Source of the DNA: an uncultured Micrococcaceae bacterium
GTDB taxonomy: Bacteria > Actinomycetota > Actinomycetes > Actinomycetales > Micrococcaceae
Assembly: GCA_964476735.1 (NCBI GenBank)
Contig: CAYZBX010000003.1
Coordinates: 1 to 41,975 of the forward strand
Length of the DNA stretch: 41,975 nucleotides
Reading direction: 5' to 3'
Under the pieces are notes generated by a model, which had not been told where the DNA came from, searched no databases, and saw nothing but the letters and a program-made list of their open reading frames with translations. Below, in pieces: positions 37,410 through 41,975 of the stretch (position 1 is its first letter; each line of letters opens with the position of its first letter). The position numbers and the translations under genes are program-made.

Positions 37410-39997
37410 GAGCGGACTCCTTCCGGGTGGGATGCGTGTGCGAGGGTGGTTTGCGTGGCGTGCTCGTCGGCGCGGATCTTCTCCATGTCCGGGTCGAAGA
37501 GCGGCTCGGCGACGACGGTGGCGTCGACGAGGGTGTCGAAGTAGCGGATCTGCACCCGATCCCCGACGCCCAGGCTCGGGGCGAGCCAGGCGTAGGCGAG
37601 GGGCGCGTGGACGGTGTAGCCGTAGTCCGCGCTGGTGGTGTAGCCGGCGAGGGTGCCGGCGGCGAAGACGGGCTCGTGACCCATGACCAGCTGGGTCTGG
37701 TCATCGAGGCGCAGGCAGCGCAGCACCGGCTGGTCGGACCCGGCGGCGGCCTCGCGCCGCTGCAGGGCGGCCTTGCCGACAAAGTCCGGCTTCTTGGCGG
37801 AGACCGCGAAGCCGAGTCCGGCCTGGACCGGGTCGTGCTCGGTGTTCATGTCCGCGCCCCAGGACCGGTAGCCCTTCTCCAGCCGCAGGCCGTTGAAGGC
37901 GCCCCGGCCTGCGGCGATCAACCCGAGCGGTTGACCCGATTCCCAGAGGGCGTCCCACAGGGCCAGCCCGTGCTCGGCGTCGGCATAGATCTCCCAGCCG
38001 AGCTCGCCGACGTAGGACAGCCGCAGCAGCTTGACCGGGATGCCGGCGATGGTGGTGCTGGCCGCCCGGAAATAGCCGAGCCCGGCGTTGGACAGGTCTT
38101 GGTCGGTGAGCGGACCCAGCACCGCCCGAGCGTTGGGCCCCCACAGGCCGATGCAGCACATCTGGTCGGTCACATCCGTCAGGGTGATGTCGGCCTCAGG
38201 GTTCTCGGCGTGGAACGCCCGCACCCGTTCCGTCAGGTAGGCGGTGTCGATGCCGGAGTTGGCGCCGATCTGGAAGTGCTCCTCGCCCCAGCGGGTGACG
38301 GTGATGTCCGAGCGGATGCGTCCATCCTCGTTCAGCAGCAGGGTGTAGGTGACGGAGCTAAACTTCCGTTCCCCGGGCTTGTCCAGCACCGAGGTGGTCA
38401 ACGATTCCAGCAGCTCGAGGCTGCCGGGGCCGGTCAGCTGCAGGTGTTTCAACGGGGTCATGTCATACATGGCCACGTTGGTGCGGGTGGCGTACGCCTC
38501 GGCGGCGCTGATGGGGCTGGCGTGCTGGCCGGCCCAGCCGTCGCGGGCTGGGGGCACCCAGTCGGCGGGCAGCTGCTCGAGCAGGTGCGCGTTGGCCTGG
38601 TACCAGTGCGGCCGCTCCCAGCCGTGCGCCTCCAAGAAGTAGGCGCCGAGCTTTTGCTGGCGGGCGAAGAAGGGGGAGGTGCGCAGGTTGCGCGGGGACT
38701 GGCGCGGCTCCAGTGGGTGCCGGATGTCGTAGACCTCGATGAAGGACTGGGCCGCGGTTTCCGCCACGTACTCGTCGGTGAGCTGGACCTGCTCGAAGCG
38801 ATTGATGTCCAGCTCCCGCAGGTCGATCTGGCTGTGCCCGTCTATCAGCAGTTCCGCCAGTGACTTGGCGACCCCGGCGGAGTGCGTGACCCAGACGGCC
38901 TCGGCGACGTAGCAGCCCTGCAGCTGCGGGGCTTGGCCGACCAGCGAGCCGCCGTCGGGGGTGAAGGAGAAGATCCCGTTGAACCCGGTAGCGATCCGCG
39001 CCTGCCGCAGCGCGGGCAGCAGCTGCTGGCTCTGCTCCCACTGCTGCCGGAAGTCCGCCTCGGTGAACGCCAGCATGGAGGGCATGTTCTCCGCCGTGAC
39101 CGGCCCGGTCGGCAGTTCGGTCAAGGCGGTCGGCATGGGCCGGTGGGCGTAGGAGCCGATTCCGATGTGGTCGCCGTGCTGACGGTAGTACAGGTCCGCG
39201 TCCTGGTGCCGGATCAGCGGCAGCGTGGCGTTGTTGCCGCTGCCGGCGAGGGCGGCCGGGAGTTGCTCGGCAAGCGCGGCCAGCGCGGGCACGGCGGTGG
39301 TGGTGGCGTACTGATGCGCCATCGGCACCAGCGGCACCGTCATGCCGATCATCTCCCCGAGTTCCGGCCCCCAGAAGCCGCCGCAGCAGACCACCAGATC
39401 CGCCGGGATGCGGTCTGACCCGCAGCGCACCGCGCTGACCGCGCCGCCGCGTTCCTCGATGCCGGTGACCTTGGTGTTGGGCAGGAACGTGGCGCCGGCG
39501 GCGGTGGCCCGGGCCACCAGGATCTCCACCGCCAGCAGGGCGGAGGCCAGCCCGTCGGAGGGGATGTGCAGGGCGCCGAGCAGTTCCGGCCCGTCCCCGT
39601 CGGCCGCCAGCAGCGGGTTCAGGCTGCGGGCTGCGGCTGCGTCGATGACCTCCGCCTCGACTCCGGCTAGGGCGGCGAAGTTGGCGCGCCGGTGCAGTTC
39701 CGCTAGGCGCTCGGGGCTGGTGGCGATCTCTAGGCCGCCGACCGGATTGAAGGCGCGGGCACCGCCGCGGGTGAGCGAGCGGAACTTCTGGCCGGTGTAG
39801 GCGGCCAGCCGGGTCATGGTCCGGGACGGGTTGGCCTGGAAGACCAGTCCGGGGGCGTGCGAGGTGGAGCCGCCGGTCAGCGGGATGGGGCCTTGATCGA
39901 CGACGGTGATGTTCGTCCAGCCGCGGGCGCAGAGCTCGTCGGCCAGGTTGGCGCCGACGATGCCGGCTCCGATGATGACCACGCGTGGTGTTTGCAT
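37406..39997 (-). CDS. dmg: Dimethylglycine oxidase (FAD domain plus GcvT/folate domain)
   Basis: TPRVVIIGAGIVG.NLADEL..RGW, GGSTSHAPGLVFQ, MAHQY, RHQD.DLYYR, GIFSFTPDG, AEAVWVTHS, SYVGELGWEIY, LRLEKGYR.WG, as in Arthrobacter DMGO. Start ATG at 39997. Confidence 0.92.
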   Translation of the reverse strand: MQTPRVVIIGAGIVGANLADELCARGWTNITVVDQGPIPLTGGSTSHAPGLVFQANPSRTMTRLAAYTGQKFRSLTRGGARAFNPVGGLEIATSPERLAELHRRANFAALAGVEAEVIDAAAARSLNPLLAADGDGPELLGALHIPSDGLASALLAVEILVARATAAGATFLPNTKVTGIEERGGAVSAVRCGSDRIPADLVVCCGGFWGPELGEMIGMTVPLVPMAHQYATTTAVPALAALAEQLPAALAGSGNNATLPLIRHQDADLYYRQHGDHIGIGSYAHRPMPTALTELPTGPVTAENMPSMLAFTEADFRQQWEQSQQLLPALRQARIATGFNGIFSFTPDGGSLVGQAPQLQGCYVAEAVWVTHSAGVAKSLAELLIDGHSQIDLRELDINRFEQVQLTDEYVAETAAQSFIEVYDIRHPLEPRQSPRNLRTSPFFARQQKLGAYFLEAHGWERPHWYQANAHLLEQLPADWVPPARDGWAGQHASPISAAEAYATRTNVAMYDMTPLKHLQLTGPGSLELLESLTTSVLDKPGERKFSSVTYTLLLNEDGRIRSDITVTRWGEEHFQIGANSGIDTAYLTERVRAFHAENPEADITLTDVTDQMCCIGLWGPNARAVLGPLTDQDLSNAGLGYFRAASTTIAGIPVKLLRLSYVGELGWEIYADAEHGLALWDALWESGQPLGLIAAGRGAFNGLRLEKGYRSWGADMNTEHDPVQAGLGFAVSAKKPDFVGKAALQRREAAAGSDQPVLRCLRLDDQTQLVMGHEPVFAAGTLAGYTTSADYGYTVHAPLAYAWLAPSLGVGDRVQIRYFDTLVDATVVAEPLFDPDMEKIRADEHATQTTLAHASHPEGVRS

Positions 39998-40005
39998 GGG
40001 GGTCC

Positions 40006-40356
40006 TTAGGCTTGTCCGGCGAGCGTGATGCCCGGTGGCAGGTTGGGTTCTTGGTCGGATTCGTGGACGTAGATGTCCCCGTCGATCACTTCCACGCGGT
40101 GCGTGCGGACCGGCAGCTTGGCCGGCGGGGACTGGACGTCCCCGGTACGCAGGTCGAAGACGGCGGCGTGCAGCGGGCATTCGACGGTGCAGTCTTCCAG
40201 CCAGCCCTCGGCCAAGGAGGCGTCCTGGTGGGTGCAGGTGTCGTCGATGGAGTAGAGCTCGCCGTCGTCGGTGTGAAAGACGGCGATCGGGGGATTGGTG
40301 GGGATCTGCACGGCCTCGCCGCGGGCGAGGTCCTTCAGGGGGCAAACCTTGTGCAT
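40006..40356 (-). CDS. Rieske-type [2Fe-2S] ferredoxin
   Basis: DDTCTHQDASL.EG...VECPLH...FDLRTG...PPA. Confidence 0.93.
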   Translation of the reverse strand: MHKVCPLKDLARGEAVQIPTNPPIAVFHTDDGELYSIDDTCTHQDASLAEGWLEDCTVECPLHAAVFDLRTGDVQSPPAKLPVRTHRVEVIDGDIYVHESDQEPNLPPGITLAGQA

Positions 40357-40390
40357 GGCAGACTCCTAACAGAACGAGGAGGAGGGATAA

Positions 40391-40426
40391 GTTGTGATTA
40401 GTGCAACTCATTGCGCTATGCACAAT
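40391..40426. promoter_or_regulatory. Candidate IclR operator, tandem sites 2 and 3
   Basis: GTTGTGATTAGTGCAAC (40391-40407) and ATTGCGCTATGCACAAT (40410-40426), both TTG-N9-CAA, 35-70 bp upstream of the ferredoxin gene. Confidence 0.6.
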
Positions 40427-40442
40427 TGTGCGCTGGGTCACA
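40427..40442. promoter_or_regulatory. CRP/GlxR-like site
   Basis: TGTGC-GCTGGG-TCACA, 9/10 match to TGTGA-N6-TCACA. Confidence 0.45.
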
Positions 40443-40532
40443 GAGAGCTGTCAATGGTTTTCTTGTGGGCTCGTGAACGTTTGTGACGCGCCGACTTCGG
40501 CCGCGCCGCCCCGGGCCCATAGTGTGGGGGCA

Positions 40533-40646
40533 GAATCATGAGTTCCAACGCGAAGCTCTGGCTGGTTGGACGGCAACCCTCTGCACGTAGTGGGGTGCCC
40601 CAGATGAGGATTCGGTCTGCGGCTCGGTCGCCGTGGACAAGTACTG
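40533..40646 (+). ncRNA. SAM-IV riboswitch (copy 2)
   Basis: Same core as copy 1 (CGGCAACCCTC...GTGGGGTGCCCCAGATGA); P1 GAATC/GATTC, P2 TCCAAC/GTTGGA, P4 GTCTGCGGC/GCCGTGGAC. Confidence 0.88.
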
Positions 40647-40783
40647 CCCCGCGGAAAGGGTGAAACTTCCCACACCCCTTCAGGTACCTCTCTTGCACCC
40701 CGCTGCGCCCATATTTTGTTTTGGCCCGGGCTTGCTGACTCTCTTGACGACTTTCACTACCAACTTTTGCTAGGAACACCGTT

Positions 40784-41975
40784 ATGACCGCAACCCTGAA
40801 CCCGCCTTCCGCCCCGCCCGCCACCGATCTGGCCGCGCTGCGGGAGCGCTTCCGACCCGTCTTTGACGCCATCGCGCACGGCGCGTTGGAGCGTGAACTC
40901 AACCGCGAGCTGCCCCACGAGCAGATGCAGCTGCTGGTGGACTCCGGGTTCACCGCGCTACAAGCGCCCGTGGAGTACGGCGGCGCAGACATCGCGGTGG
41001 CGGACCTGTACGAGCTGCTGATTGAGTTGGCGGCCGCGGACTCAAACCTGCCGCAGATCCTGCACGCACATTTCGCGTTCACCGAGATCCACCGCTTCAG
41101 CCCGCAACCGATCAGCGATTGGTGGCTGCGGCAGGTGGGCGCGGGGAAGGTGATCGCCAACGGCATGGTGGCCCAGGGCGGACCGGGAGAGCTAGCCCAG
41201 ACCGAGGCGGGAGAAGTGTATTCCGGGACCAAGACCTACTCCACCGGAGTGCTGTTCGCCGATGAGATCTTCATTGTGGTCGGCGCCAAGGAATCCGGGA
41301 TGCCGCTGATGTATGTGGTGCCGGCGGACGCGGCCGGGGTGGAGAAGCTGGGCGACTGGGACGGGATCGGCCAGCGGCTGACCGCCAGCGGCACCACGGT
41401 GTACGAGTCGGTGGCGCTGGACCCGCAGAAGGTGTTGGACATCGAGTCTCCGGCCGGCCTGTTGGTGGCACCGGCAGTGCTGCTGGTACACGCGGCCGCG
41501 CAGGCCGGGATCGCGCAGGCGGCGGTACGTGATGCGGCCTGGTTTGTCCCACAGCGCAAGCGGACCTACGGGCATGCCGCCGCCGAGCACCCCAAGGATG
41601 ACCCGCAAGTCCAAGAGGTGGTGGGCAGGGCGGCCTCGCACGCCTATGCGGCCAAGCAACTGGTCCGTCAGGGTGCCGCGGACCTGCAGGAGTACCTGAC
41701 CCGGGCCGGCCGGCTCAGCGAGGCGAGCGGGCCGGAGTACGACCTGTTGCACACCGAGTCCATCACGGACGTGAACAGCGCTGCGGCTGCGGTGTCCGAG
41801 CACGCGCTCGCGGCGACGAATCTGCTGTTCGAGGTGGGCGGGGCCTCCGTGCTGCAGCGCGAGCGTGGCTTTGACCGGCACTGGCGTAACGCCCGGGTGT
41901 TGGCCTCGCACAACCCGGCGCATTTCAAGCTGCGGGTGGTGGGCGAGTACCTGATCAACGGCACGGTGCCCTCCC
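40784..41975 (+). CDS. Acyl-CoA-dehydrogenase-fold flavin monooxygenase, DszC/SfnB-like (3' truncated by the window)
   Basis: My translation: MTATLNP...LRERFRPVFDAIA.GA.ERE..RELP...LAAADSNLPQIL.AHF...GTK.YSTG.LFAD...DWDG.GQRLTASGTT...FEVGGAS...FDRHWRNARVLASHNP. Absent from the ORF track because it has no stop. Confidence 0.9.
   Translation, partial: MTATLNPPSAPPATDLAALRERFRPVFDAIAHGALERELNRELPHEQMQLLVDSGFTALQAPVEYGGADIAVADLYELLIELAAADSNLPQILHAHFAFTEIHRFSPQPISDWWLRQVGAGKVIANGMVAQGGPGELAQTEAGEVYSGTKTYSTGVLFADEIFIVVGAKESGMPLMYVVPADAAGVEKLGDWDGIGQRLTASGTTVYESVALDPQKVLDIESPAGLLVAPAVLLVHAAAQAGIAQAAVRDAAWFVPQRKRTYGHAAAEHPKDDPQVQEVVGRAASHAYAAKQLVRQGAADLQEYLTRAGRLSEASGPEYDLLHTESITDVNSAAAAVSEHALAATNLLFEVGGASVLQRERGFDRHWRNARVLASHNPAHFKLRVVGEYLINGTVPS

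Noticed and set aside
37406-40441. 1011-aa ORF suggesting an N-terminally extended or ferredoxin-fused DMG oxidase
   Set aside because: The ferredoxin is in another frame with its own RBS and stop; DMG oxidase homology starts at ATG 39997.
1-41975. CRISPR array, tRNA/rRNA genes, IS transposase, recognisable anti-phage defence operon
   Set aside because: No regularly spaced direct repeats, cloverleaf motifs or transposase/defence signatures seen by eye; short or divergent elements could have been missed.

Overview
High-GC actinobacterial chromosome segment; the protein families suggest Micrococcaceae (inference). Left part: 3' end of hpaB, several small oxidoreductases, purB, a WXG100-like gene plus an alpha/beta-hydrolase gene that look like type VII secretion substrates, a 4-TM holin-family gene, an aromatic aminotransferase, a 2-oxoacid dehydrogenase E1a/E1b/E2 cluster and a DUF222-HNH gene. 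Middle: a SAM-IV riboswitch ahead of a Cys/Met-poor organosulfur-scavenging operon (NtaA/DmoA-type monooxygenase plus peptide-type ABC importer), a DUF1963 gene remnant, a methyltransferase, a cupin paired with an atypical MSOX/SolA-family oxidase, ArsR-CzcD and aqpZ. Right: a choline/glycine-betaine catabolic locus (betT-betB-codA; IclR; ferredoxin-dimethylglycine oxidase-Rieske oxygenase, with no reductase) carrying a shared candidate operator. A second SAM-IV riboswitch then precedes a DszC/SfnB-like gene that runs off the window. I saw no tRNA, rRNA, CRISPR array or IS transposase. All family calls come from remembered motifs; no database search was run, and novelty is unverified.
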